A stretch of DNA of 64,000 bases, the filler included, from Sphacelaria rigidula (taxonomy: Eukaryota): assembly GCA_964200075.2 (NCBI GenBank). It is 8 parts of 8 records of this genome, joined end to end, with 100 filler letters (N's around TTAATTAATTAA, not from the genome) between each part and the next. Parts side by side here need not be neighbours in the genome. Positions count along the whole stretch, not along the records: positions 1 to 7,918 come from CAXNAA020012975.1; positions 8,019 to 15,936 come from CAXNAA020012976.1; 6 more parts are not named here. One strand, given 5' to 3'. Within the stretch, counting starts at the first letter, position 1. The number at the start of each line of letters is the position of its first letter. Of the stretch, positions 1 to 10,522 are shown in pieces. Under the pieces are notes generated by a model. The model saw nothing but the letters and a program-made list of their open reading frames with translations. It ran no database searches and was not told the origin of the DNA. The translations under genes and the position numbers were made by a program.

Positions 1-459
1 CCCCCCCCTATCGCAGAATGACTCATTCATTACAGATGATCCCGATTTGTGGAACCCCCTTCTTTCGTCTTCCGATAGACGCAATGTCTTCAGCATTGAT
101 GCCAACAGTTGCATCAACTGTAGTGTTCAAGGCCACAGTGTGCGCGACTGCGACAGTCCATGCATCAATGCCTTTGATCTCATGAACCCTAAAATTGCAG
201 GACAATGAACCCGCGTGGCGCCGATGGCAAAAACGCATGCGCGACAATCGCCCACCTAATCCAATTTACCGTAACTATTCGAATCAACGTGGCAACAAAA
301 GCTCTAATCGCGGTCGCCGACAAAACAACAATCACGCAAGCCCTCGCCAGAACGATCAAAATTCTCGCGACAACAAACGCTCCGCTGATAGACACCAGCG
401 GACGGGACCGACACAAAGCTCGGATCCCGACACCAGAAACCCTGGTACCTTCGCTACGG

Positions 460-1560
460 AACCGCGTCACTGTGGTCGGTTAACTTCCAATTCCCCGCAT
501 TGATGAAGTCTTCGACTCCTTTGGCGAAGGGAAAATATCCAGCACCTTCGACCTCGCTTCTGGGTTTTTCCAGAATGCTATACACCCTGACACAGTTCCA
601 CTGGCGGCTTTTTGTACCTCGTCCGGATTCTATGAGTGGCTTCAAATGCCACAAGGCGCCGCCACTGCCCCGGGATGCTTTTAACGCTTAATGCAACGCG
701 TCACCGAGGGCCTCGAGCACATCATCATGTACTTGGATTACGCTATCGTTTTCGATGCCTCACCTATTGCACATATATGCACTTTACGAGAATTTCTCCC
801 TTGCCTACGCACGCACGATTTGAAACTGTCTCCATCCAAAGCTCGCCTTGGTGCGGCTGACTTGGAATTCTTGGGGCATTCCATTTTTCCAGCAGGCCTG
901 CATCCGGATACAAACAAAGTCAAAGCGAGGACTGACTTGCCGATGCCAACTATCATTTCTCAACTTTGCTCATTGTTGGGCGGACTATCCTACAACCGCA
1001 AATTTTTGCCTAATTTATCTAAACGGATTCGCCCCCAATCTGAGATACTCAAGTTAGGAGCCGCGTTTTCCTTCACAACCGAAATGGAGAATATTACCCG
1101 CGAATTACTCAAGACGCTTCCCGAAAAGCCGGTACTCTGCTTTCCTGATTGGGAGGCAGTACAAGATGGCTCCCGCCTTTTCCAACTCCACACTGACGCC
1201 AGCACAAACGTATTTGGAGGAGTTTTGAATCAACCTCAGGTTGATGGCTCCATCCGATCCATCCTCTATATCAGCCGAGCTACCCTGCCCAACGAGGCCA
1301 ATTGGAGCCCGCTAGAACTGGAAAGCGGAGTAATCACTTGGGCCATTTAGCGCCTTCGACAATACCTGTTTCACGTGCCCTTTGAGATCTATACGGATCA
1401 CGGAGCGCTCGAACAACTCGCCAAGGTTGGCGAACACAACCCGCGTGTACAACGATGGTTGGAGTTTTTAACAGCATATCTGTATACGATTAAGCACCAT
1501 CCAAGCAAAACCAACGGGAACGCTGATCTTCTTTCTCGCCTACCCCTGCCGCCTACGGCC
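460..1560 (+). pseudogene. Gypsy pol: reverse transcriptase and RNase H (disrupted)
   Basis: ORFs 691-1350 and 1375-1608 plus the upstream LPIPRIDE frame; in-frame stops at ~481, ~688 and 1348. Confidence 0.92.
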
Positions 1561-2397
1561 GCAGATTCCAGCCCGGCTTGCCGTTTAACGGAACCCGATG
1601 AACCCTGAATTTACCCGACTAGACCTTTTTCAACGCCCGTTTACGCCCTCGACATCCAGTGCCCGGAAACCGGAATGCATATGGGAGGACCTCGCCCTCT
1701 ACCATATGACGCCGTCTTGGGTGGAATAAAGCCCACTACCTCCGATTTTGTCGATTTCCGCACTTTCGGTACTCGCGCGAAACTCTTCGCGGAGATACCT
1801 CCAGTCACCCACCTCATCTCCAACAACACGCGCTCCCGGTCTGCCGCCCGCACCACCCCGAGTGCCCCGCCGCCACCGATAACACCTGCAATTTCTACGT
1901 GCCACCCAGCACAAGTTCCACTGACCAACACGCAACGCTCCGCGAAACCTTCTACAACGTGCACCACGCGCCGCGGACAATCTTCGCCGCGCGCTGTTAT
2001 AGCCCCGCCGCCCATAACGGCGTCGCCAACGTCTACCGCTCCTGAGCACGGAGCTGACGACTTAGCTCCTGCTTCCGAGACAGATATTGACGTCGGCATT
2101 TCTGCCCCGTCGACTATCCCCCCGCCGCCTGCCCCACCATGTTTGGTCGGCTCGCCAGCGGAAGGTCAACTACGCGAGTTTCTCGCCAGCTACTCCCACC
2201 GCGATTGAGCTCGCGAACAAAACGCAGGACCGCTATGTCGCGCAGCCATCCAATACTTACAACTCGACTGTCCTGTCCCTTTTTCATCCACACTTCTGGC
2301 CCCAGTTGGAACACTGCTACCACCAGTTATTTCTGACGTATACGAGCTCATGCGTAAAGGCACCCTTTTTACTACGGATGAAGGCGTGTAACTACTC

Positions 2398-4322
2398 GTG
2401 CGTCGGCCCACGCCTTTGACAGGCGCAATTTCCGCCTCAACCACGGGACGCACCGCACGACTACTCGATGACGAACCGACGCGCATATATGTGCCATTAT
2501 TAATGCGCCCGTGGGTCATGAAAGGCTGCCACACAGACTTGTCATGTCGCCTTGGCGTCACCCGCACTCTCGCGCTCTTGGAGCGCTTCTACTGGTGAGT
2601 TGGCATGTTAATTTCAACCCGCGTCTGGATTCGTCGATGCTTCAAATGCCAAGCCCGAAAGACTTCACGACAGACAGTACGCTGGCCCGTCATCTCTATG
2701 GGACTCCCCGACAAGCCCGGCCACCTTGTGTCCGTTGACTACTTTGGCCCTCTACCGAGCACAGGTCCCGGCAACACCTACATCTTACTCTTCACTGACC
2801 GCTTTAGCCGCCACGCGTCCATGTACCCGGTAACCGCCGCAGATTTCATTGCCGCCGGAACGGCCGACATATCGGTCCACGATTGCATTAAGCACTACGA
2901 TTGCCGAAAGCGATTCCTTTCAGACAATGGTCAGCAATCTTGCTCAGATCTCCCTGATGAGCTTTGCAAGCTCATGGGCATCCGCAAAATTGCCACGAAC
3001 GCCTACCACCCGAACGGTAACCGTGGTACCGAAAGAGTTAATCACACCATGGCCCAGATGCTCTATATGGTTGTCAATGGCCGCCAAAATGGCTGGGACC
3101 TACATCTCTCGCACATCATGTTGTCCTACGACAACTCGGTTAACGCCGCCACAGGCCTTTCTCCGAACGAGCTCCATCATGGACGTTATCCTCGGCTGCC
3201 CATCACCGTGTTTGAGCGCCACACGCTCGACGGTCACCAAGGATTGGATCAGGATCAGATATTCTACCACGAGCTCGCGCATGCACGACAATGCTAAGCG
3301 TTTACCCTCGTGCGCGAATGACACGCTATCAACACCTCGCGCCTGGAGAGATCTAACACTGCTCTCTACAACCTCATGCAAAAACGCCCTAACTGGAAAG
3401 TTGGTGATTGGGTTTGGATCTACAACAGTTTGTCGACCATCCGCCAAGGCACCAGCAAGGCAGCCAACGAAAACAATTTGAAGACAAAATTGTCCCTCAA
3501 TTGGACAGGACCATTCAAGATCCTGACAGTCGGACCATCGTCATCATCACCGATGATAAACACGTTGGTGACAGCCTGCTCTATCTCGACTTGCCTCGCG
3601 ACTTCCAGGGCAAGGACACCACACCCCGCGTCTCCGGGCACAGATGCAAACCCTGTACGAACCCGCATGATACAAGTGACATGCCCAAGTACTTGCCTGC
3701 CGGACTCACACAATATGTTCTCAACAGCTACTCGACCAAGTCCCCGCCCTACCACGTTACAACCGACGACGTGACGGAACAACCCCTTCGATTGACCGTG
3801 TCCACCATCTCCGGCCACCAGATAACCCGTGGTCGAGGTGGCAAGATCGCTGTCATGTGTAAGATATACTGGCACGGCCTTCGGAGAGCGGCTTGGGAAC
3901 ACGAATCCGACCTCCAATTGCACCGCCGTGCAATCCTCCTGTACTGGACGGAATCTCAGCAATCTCAACATCAGCATCTTGCTCACAACACGAAATATCG
4001 CAACATGCGTCGTGGCGCAGCAGCCCGCGAACTTCACCGCGATCAGGGATTACGCTTCGTCGCCAATGGTTACGAACTTGTACCCACCAAGACTTGTAAG
4101 ACGAAGTTCTTCGCAAACCAGCGAATACTGCTCAAGGGCAGCTACCTTTGGTTCAAAGGCAGCGACAACCTCTGGTGGTTGGGTCAGACCCACTCCGCTA
4201 ACCTGGTTTCTGCCGACACATACATCGTGCGCTTCATCGATGACCCTCAACCCATACAGCTCAAGCTCCGGCCAGCACTATACACCACCAGCCCATCTGC
4301 ATCACGCGGATCCTGGTGCCTC
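2398..4322 (+). pseudogene. Gypsy integrase (zinc finger, DDE core, GPF motif, chromodomain, extra C-terminal module), disrupted
   Basis: ORFs 2398-2598, 2605-3297, 3376-3774 and 3408-4325 join across stops and one frameshift near 3550. Confidence 0.9.
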
Positions 4323-4649
4323 TAGCGCCTCAAGTCCAAAGGACTTCGCCGCGGTCTCCAGCGCAACATCGACAACACCCACGACGCTACTCCCCGTTTC
4401 AAACCACCCTCCCTCGTCGCAACTGTTGCCCCCCCCCCCCCATTTTTCTGCTGCATTGTCTGCCCTCCCTTCTCCACCAGGACCCTCTTCTACGACATTA
4501 CAACAGGGCGACCTACATCGGACGACGGTCAAGAATTACTGGCACGACCACCATCTACGACTGCTGGAGCTATAGTATCCCCTTGCGGCTGGCGCTCGAT
4601 CTAGTTGGATCACCGATTTTCAGATTTCTGGTCTTGCAGTTTTTTGCAC

Positions 4650-4895
4650 CTTTGGATTCCCCCGGATTGAAGCTCTGCTCCCTGTTGTACCTTTGGATTC
4701 CCCTAGATTGAAGCTCTGCTCCCTGTTGTACCTTTGGATTTCCCCAGGTTGAAGCTCTGCTCCCTGTTGTACCTTTGAATTCCCCTAGATTGAAGCTCTG
4801 CTCCCTGTTGTACCTTTGGATTTCCCCAGGTTGAAGCTCTGCTCCCTGTTGTACCTTTGGCTTGCCCCAGGTTAGAGCTCTGCTCCCTGTTGTAC
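4650..4895. repeat. 41-bp tandem minisatellite x6 in the Gypsy 3' UTR
   Basis: Unit CTTTGGATTCCCCTAGATTGAAGCTCTGCTCCCTGTTGTAC starts at 4650, 4691, 4732, 4773, 4814 and 4855. Confidence 0.97.
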
Positions 4896-5215
4896 CTCCC
4901 TGTTTTTCCCCCCTAATTTTGCTAGGACGCCGAAGCAATTTGTGCTTCTTCGTTGATCGCTAGCACGCAGAAGCACTTTGTGCTTCCGCGTTTCGCAGCA
5001 GTTTTTCTACTCCTCGAAGTAGTCTATGCTTCCCTTCTTTTGAGGTGTGGGAGTGGGTACAGGAGTGTTGGTACGGGAGTGATGGGTACGGGAGTGTTTC
5101 CTTCGGTATGCTTTACTAGCCGCTCATGACTTTACGGGTAAAGAAAAACCTTAGTTTTCGCTGCTCCGAAGATAGATCCTCGCAGCTGTAATAAAGGTTC
5201 GTCTGGGAGGGTAAG

Positions 5216-5699
5216 TGTCATGAAGACGCATATTAGCCTGTTGTCATGCCGCTCCAGACCCGTTGTCAAGTCTGGCTATCTGCACTTCTGGTTATTCGTA
5301 TTTAGAGTGTTTTAAGACACAAGACTGGTGGTCTGTTCAGAGTTGGTCCGGTACGAGTTTGAACTTGTACATTGCAGAGATGATGTCGGCTTCGTTACGA
5401 ACAAAGCCCCCACCACCTATCACTACTCTCCTCTACCCCTCCAACAAAAGAAGTCTGAGCATCGGTGAGACGGGTTGACTGAGCGTTAGATTGGATTGGT
5501 TGATTGGATACTGGAAGGTAGAGCCAAGGTAACAAAGAAGAAGAGAACTGTGCGTGAGACTTTATTCTGACACACTGTGTGAGAAGCTGTGCCGAGCTGT
5601 GCCGAGCTGTGCCGAGCTGTGCCGAGCTGTGCCGGACTGTCATTGTCCACTTGCCTTGTGAGCCTGTGCCTGGACTGTAAGCTGTGCCTTGCTATGACA
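5216..5699 (+). repeat. 3' LTR (484 bp) of the Gypsy element
   Basis: Inverted termini TGTCAT...ATGACA, directly preceded by purine tract GGGAGGGTAAG (PPT). Contains (GCTGTGCCGA)x~5 at 5586-5635. Confidence 0.8.
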
Positions 5700-6368
5700 G
5701 CACCGCAACCTCATTACAATGAATCATTTTAGTTCTGTAATGCCCCTCCACCAGGCCCGATATGCTCCCTGTAGTAGGTTGCCACTGAGGCACTTGATAT
5801 CTCTGAGTAGGATACCGACGTGTAGCTGTAAGCACACGCCAGCGATGGAGGCAAAAAAAAGCACGCATTGGATGAAAAATTGGCTAAGTTAAAGCGCATG
5901 ATCAAAGCCACTCTCAATCAGCGCTCTACTCTCAATCTCACCTAAACGTTGTTGGTAATCGACATTGCACGCCGTATCCTTTTGACCAACATTTGATATT
6001 TTTTCTGACTACATGACGCTACCCACTTGTTTCGTCCATTAATCAGAAAGGCATGCCAAACCCGTCGTTCGAATTCAAACCCTACTCTCAATCGTATCTC
6101 TAATTCTCAACATCACGAAAACATCGTTTAAGTTGTCGTGAGTCGCCCGGGACAATCGAGATGGCGTAGTTGGTACTGGTACCCTACGAGAACTTGGTGG
6201 CGTCGTGTCATTAGCTGCCCGATCACGTGACGTGGAGGTACCGAACCACCTCGGACTACTTTTTCCTCTGGGTGTGCCTATCATGTTACCTGTACTAGTA
6301 CACGTGCAGGTGCATGATGAGCTGGAGGTTGACGCAGGAGATGTGAATATGAGATTTACGTTATGATA

Positions 6369-7522
6369 CAGGCCGGGCCGCCTAAGAAGCGGACTTTCTC
6401 TCAGTCGGCTCTAACTGACGATCTATCGCGAGTTGTGCCTACTATGACACATCGTGGTAATCTGCAAATCAACGCGCGTCTTTCTCTTCACGTAGCACTG
6501 CGATCTGACAAGTTCTCATCAAATGAATACCAAACTGCAGTCAGCTGCGATGTGTAGAGAGTTGAGGGTGTCATGTGCGGCGGAATTAGTGGAAAAAGCG
6601 GCTAAAATCGCATTTCCGGTTACAGTCGGTTGTGCCGCGGCCGCAAAGTGATGGTTCTGCACTAGTTGTGGTTGTACAACAATTCATGTCTTACTATACG
6701 CGCGCAGAGTCTGAGGTGTCACGGAGATGAGACCTCCAGCGCCCCAAGGCGTCGGGCTGGTAGAAAACGTCAAAGTTCCGGCTGAGGTTGTTGTACTCTA
6801 AAAGCAAGTGAAAGGGTTCTCGACAAAAAAACTTGATTTCATTGCTCAATTTCAAGTCGTTTTCCATGAATTTTTGACACGATATACATTGGGTACATGT
6901 GAAGCCCCTACCCTTTCCCCCCTCTTTTATTTCCTTTCCCCCTCTTTTATTTCCTTTCCCCCTCGTGAGTTATTGGTGACCTTAATTTCGGAACATTTCT
7001 TCCTGGTACCAAAGCGTCGAAAACTCATTGAAAAAAAACATGTCAAGGGGGGACGATAGGGACTTTACAAAATACCTTATGCGCATCGTGTTGGAATTTC
7101 GTGAAAAATACTTGAAATTGAACAGCATAAGCGCGTTTCATTTTTTCGTGGCTGGTCCATCTCCACATAGGAACCAGTTTTGAACACAAACACGCGATTT
7201 AACAGCTTAATTTCAGATCGTTTTCTATGATTTTTTTTTACACGATGTACCGGATGCATGTGCAAAGACGCCGTTATTTGCCCCGTACATTTATTGATTA
7301 TTCTCCGTGAGATATCGGCGAGCAAACAGTTCAGAACAGTTTTTTCGGAACAAAATCGTGAACAACTCCAAAAAAGACAAGAAAAAATGTAGAGGGCCGG
7401 AAATGGACTCTTTGTACACACGTCCTGAGCATTGTGTCAAAATGTCATAAAAACGACCCAAAATTGAGCTGCTAAATCGCGTGTTTTTACATCCCTGTCC
7501 GCGTCTTGGGCGGCCCAGCCTG
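6369..7522. mobile_element. Non-autonomous Tc1/mariner-like TIR element (1154 bp, TA TSD)
   Basis: TA|CAGGCCGGGCCGCCTAAGAAGCGGAC ... GTCCGCGTCTTGGGCGGCCCAGCCTG|TA; second copy at 55308-56023. Confidence 0.85.
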
Positions 7523-7629
7523 TATTTCGAGCAATTAGGCCTTGAAAATCGTGGATATGGTGATTCGAACCGGCGATGATTCGTTCGAACCGTGAGGGGT
7601 TCAATCCTCGTGTACAGTAAGCACCATAC

Positions 7630-7734
7630 CTGGCCTCTGACAACATCTTTTTCTCATCTTCATCCATGTCGATGGCGTCAGGCCTAGCGAGTTTGGTTTC
7701 CGGGTGGGGGTTGATTTCTCCTAGTCGCAAACGT
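7630..7734 (-). pseudogene. CDC5L: Single CDC5L/Cef1 (Myb-like splicing factor) exon, apparently degenerate
   Basis: RLRLGEINPHPETKLARPDAIDMDEDEKKMLSEAR matches the conserved CDC5 stretch (L..GEIDP.PETKPARPDPIDMDEDE.EMLSEAR). Donor AG|GTATGG; acceptor is GAG. Several substitutions at conserved sites. Confidence 0.75.
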
Positions 7735-7918
7735 CTCCATCGCGCACAACAGAACGGAGAATAAATAAGAAAAAAATCTTCGATGATATGAGTGATGCCA
7801 AGTTCGGGAGTTTGGGGGCGCGGGGGGGGGGGGGGGGGGACCTAATTGTTTTCTTTCCTTCGGTGTTGGACCGATGCCCCGCCCTTCCTTATCGGGCGAA
7901 GAAATTTGGGGGGGGGGG

Positions 7919-8018
7919 NNNNNNNNNNNNNNNNNNNNNNNNNNNNNNNNNNNNNNNNNNNNTTAATTAATTAANNNNNNNNNNNNNNNNNNNNNNNNNN
8001 NNNNNNNNNNNNNNNNNN
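7919..8018. other. Artificial contig spacer N44-TTAATTAATTAA-N44 (also 15937-16036, 23955-24054, 31973-32072, 39990-40089, 48007-48106, 56024-56123)
   Basis: Identical 100-bp spacer with stop codons in all six frames; the contigs between are 7918 or 7917 bp. Confidence 0.99.
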
Positions 8019-8565
8019 CACTTGCGTTGCGCTTGTACTTGGTTCCAAACGGTGTCAGGCAGTATGGAGGAGCGTTATTGATCCACAACAAGCTTGTTCG
8101 AACAATCGTTGCTGCTTTCAACGACGATCTGACTCGAACTTTCAAGCAACAAATGGCCCAGAACCTCCCCCCCCCCCTATCGTAGGATGACTCCATGAAG
8201 GAGAGGCTCCTGACCCTGCGCCATGCGTTTGCCAGCGGCTCCTGGAGAAGATTTTCATTTGTGAACGGCACCAAACTCGTCACGATTCCGACCGTAATGC
8301 AGTGATTTCTTTCCCCTCGTGTCGGGGAAACAGCTCTCCTAGCACACTGCCCAACACAGCGAAATGTTTGCGATGACAGAACAAACATGACCATTAGCAC
8401 AACCGAAAATAAAGGCCTTGATCTCTCAGCTGACGTCTGAACCAGCAATCGAAGACCCCCGCTCTTTTCAAGACGTCGCTGCACAGCCTTCGGCAGAAGA
8501 TGCGCCTCGTACGGGACACGCCTGACTGCCCTTGTTCCGTGCCGTGTCGTATGCGCCCCCCACAG

Positions 8566-9707
8566 GTTTAAGGTGGACAACCAGCTTGAAAACTGGCGCA
8601 AGGACAACACGTTCAATGTGAAGGGCTTCGAGACGGGGCTGATCGTGGGGCGATTGCTGTAAGTCCAAGGCGCCTGTCCATCGCTTTTTTCTGTCTCGAG
8701 CACATTAGGCGTCGAATTTTCGATGGAGGCAACCGTACTGTGCAGCATGGTTTCGTGAGTGTTCAAGGGTCGGTCGGATTAATGATTCGTCTGGAAATTA
8801 CTTGATTTTAGTATCATTGACTCGTACCGTACCACTAAATCCCCAAGCTACGACCAAATCCTCAAGCTTTGTTTTCGGCGTCGCAACCCAGGTATGCGCA
8901 GCCCAGGCACGTGGAATAGAGCAATATATTTTGCGTGGAAATGTTTTTCGAGGGTCTACACGTTACACGTGCCACATCGTTACACGTTACGTTCACGTTA
9001 CGTTTTGGCCGAAACGTAACGTAAGCGTTAAAAGCATTTTTATGTGATGAACGTAACATTAAAATTTCACATGGAACGTTAACGTAACGTTAAAGGTTTT
9101 TAAAGTGACATACGTAACGTAACGTGAACGTTTAATTGCCCAAACTTTCAAATCACTGAATATGAAACGTTTCATGTAACGTCTATTACACGTTACACGT
9201 GCATCAGACGTTACACGTAACGTTACATGTTACATTACACGTTACATTACACGTCATGAACACGTCACATGTAGTGGTGAAACTTCAAGTTTGCAATGAA
9301 ATTAAAAATCCTGGAAGATGTTGCTCCAATAAGCACGAGTGAGTTTGAATGTGACCATGTCATAGCTAATGATTCGGGGCAACAGAGCACCCACCATCCA
9401 TATTCCCCTCGACATCACTGACGCGCAAGTCAACGATTTTCGCTCCTGCAAAACATGAGCTCCGCTCCCTCTTTGCATTTTACGAGCTTTTCATATCCCT
9501 TCGACCATCGGCGATCATTCTCTGTGACTGTTTGATTCCTCGATCCATCGCCTCCGCATTGCCGTGATCCCTGGATATTGTCCCGTTGTGTGTGTGTGTG
9601 TGTGTGTTTTCTTGACAAATTCGCAGATTCCTCTTCACCATTGTGACGGTAATCAGCTTGGAGCTGGCGGGATACGGCGTGTTTTTCATCGAGCCCCTCA
9701 TCATCCG
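8566..9707 (+). CDS. Uncharacterised membrane-protein gene fragment; exons 8566-8658 and 9627-9707 (possible upstream exon from 8186)
   Basis: CCCCCACAG|...CT|GTAAGT and TTCGCAG|A...CG|GTGCGT are phase-compatible. Spliced peptide FKVDNQLENWRKDNTFNVKGFETGLIVGRLLFLFTIVTVISLELAGYGVFFIEPLIIR has a hydrophobic helix. Confidence 0.55.
8950..9278. repeat. AT-rich foldback/MITE built of ACGTTA/TAACGT micro-repeats
   Basis: Dense ACGTTAC, GTAACGT and AACGTT motifs; ends are roughly inverted (CTACACGT..ACATGTAG). Confidence 0.6.
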
Positions 9708-9949
9708 GTGCGTTCCTCAGTGTCCCCCGTGACCGCTCTCATCACTCAATGCGCACGTTTTACATTTTTGGTTTTGCGGATTGGGTTAGCGACCCCGCAT
9801 CGCGTCGACTCTCTTCAAAGACAACAATGAGGTGTGTTTGCCTCTCATGTTCCCACGTGCTCGACTACTGAAATCAGGTACAAGACATCAAACAACCAAA
9901 TGCAATCTGCCATTCTATCTGCTTTGTCGTTCTGTTCGACCCCTCTTTC

Positions 9950-10086
9950 TTTTTTTTGTGTTCCTTTTTTTTTTCTTCTCAGAGCCTGTTTCATTTTCGT
10001 TTCCTTGGGTACGACCATCATGACACCACGGCTGGATCATGACCCCTGGGGGGTCAGTTAAAGTGCGACAATCAATCAATCAATCA
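9950..10086 (+). mobile_element. Short retroposon 3' end with (CAAT)n tail; other copies on the minus strand at ~44686-44815 and ~49520-49720
   Basis: Shared core CATGA.ACCAC.GCTGGA...CCCCTGGGGGTCAGT.AAAGTGCGACAATCAATCAATC in three contigs, preceded by a T-rich segment. Confidence 0.75.
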
Positions 10087-10281
10087 CTCTGTTCACTGCA
10101 AGCCTGTTTCGGGCATGAGCGGAGAATGACTGTTACTTACCCGTGACCACGCAGCTCGCGGTCTAGTTGAAGTCTCACAGTCGTATTGAGATCAACGGAG
10201 CGTACGTACCTGCACAGATCTCGGTGTTTGATCTCGGGTTCATATTTCAATTTATTTGTGCGCTGAAGACCACGGTCCAAG

Positions 10282-10522
10282 AGGGGCGAGGAGGCGTACT
10301 CATTTGTTCCTCCTCTTGGTCGTTCGACCATTGACCACGCATCCCTTTCGAGGCAGAGCACCATTCCTACTCTTACTAGCGACATCCTCAACATTTCGGC
10401 CCTCACCACACTTCTTCCATAGAACACACAAGAAACCTGTTTCATATCTTTTCCCTCGTCCTGTTTCGCTTTCTGTGACCGCCGTCCATCTTCTAGTATA
10501 GCCATCGTTTTCTCCCTACTGT
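10282..10522 (-). mobile_element. 5'-truncated copy of the poly(C)-tailed LINE
   Basis: Matches the LINE 3' end (39200-39450); ends CAAATGAGTACG followed by a degenerate C-rich tail. Confidence 0.85.

Larger units (their letters stand above)
195..5699 (+). mobile_element. Decayed Ty3/Gypsy LTR retrotransposon (gag tail, RT, RNase H, integrase, chromodomain, 3' UTR, PPT, 3' LTR); 5' part not in the contig
   Basis: RT motifs LPIPRIDE..FDLASGFFQ..MPQG (484-660) and YLDY (YxDD decayed). RNase H LHTDAS..IYTDH..NADLLSR. Integrase zinc finger (..CFKC) and core VSVDYFGP..DRFSR..SDNG..HPNGNRGTERVN, then WTGPF. Many stops and frameshifts. RT-RH-INT order is Gypsy. Confidence 0.95.

Noticed and set aside
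4650-4895. CRISPR-like array (also considered 20858-22252 and 32943-33280)
   Set aside because: Units are head-to-tail with no unique spacers, there are no cas genes, and the context is eukaryotic transposons.
7963-7974. TTAATTAATTAA recurring every ~8 kb as a biological periodic motif
   Set aside because: It is a six-frame-stop linker embedded in Ns, i.e. an assembly spacer.
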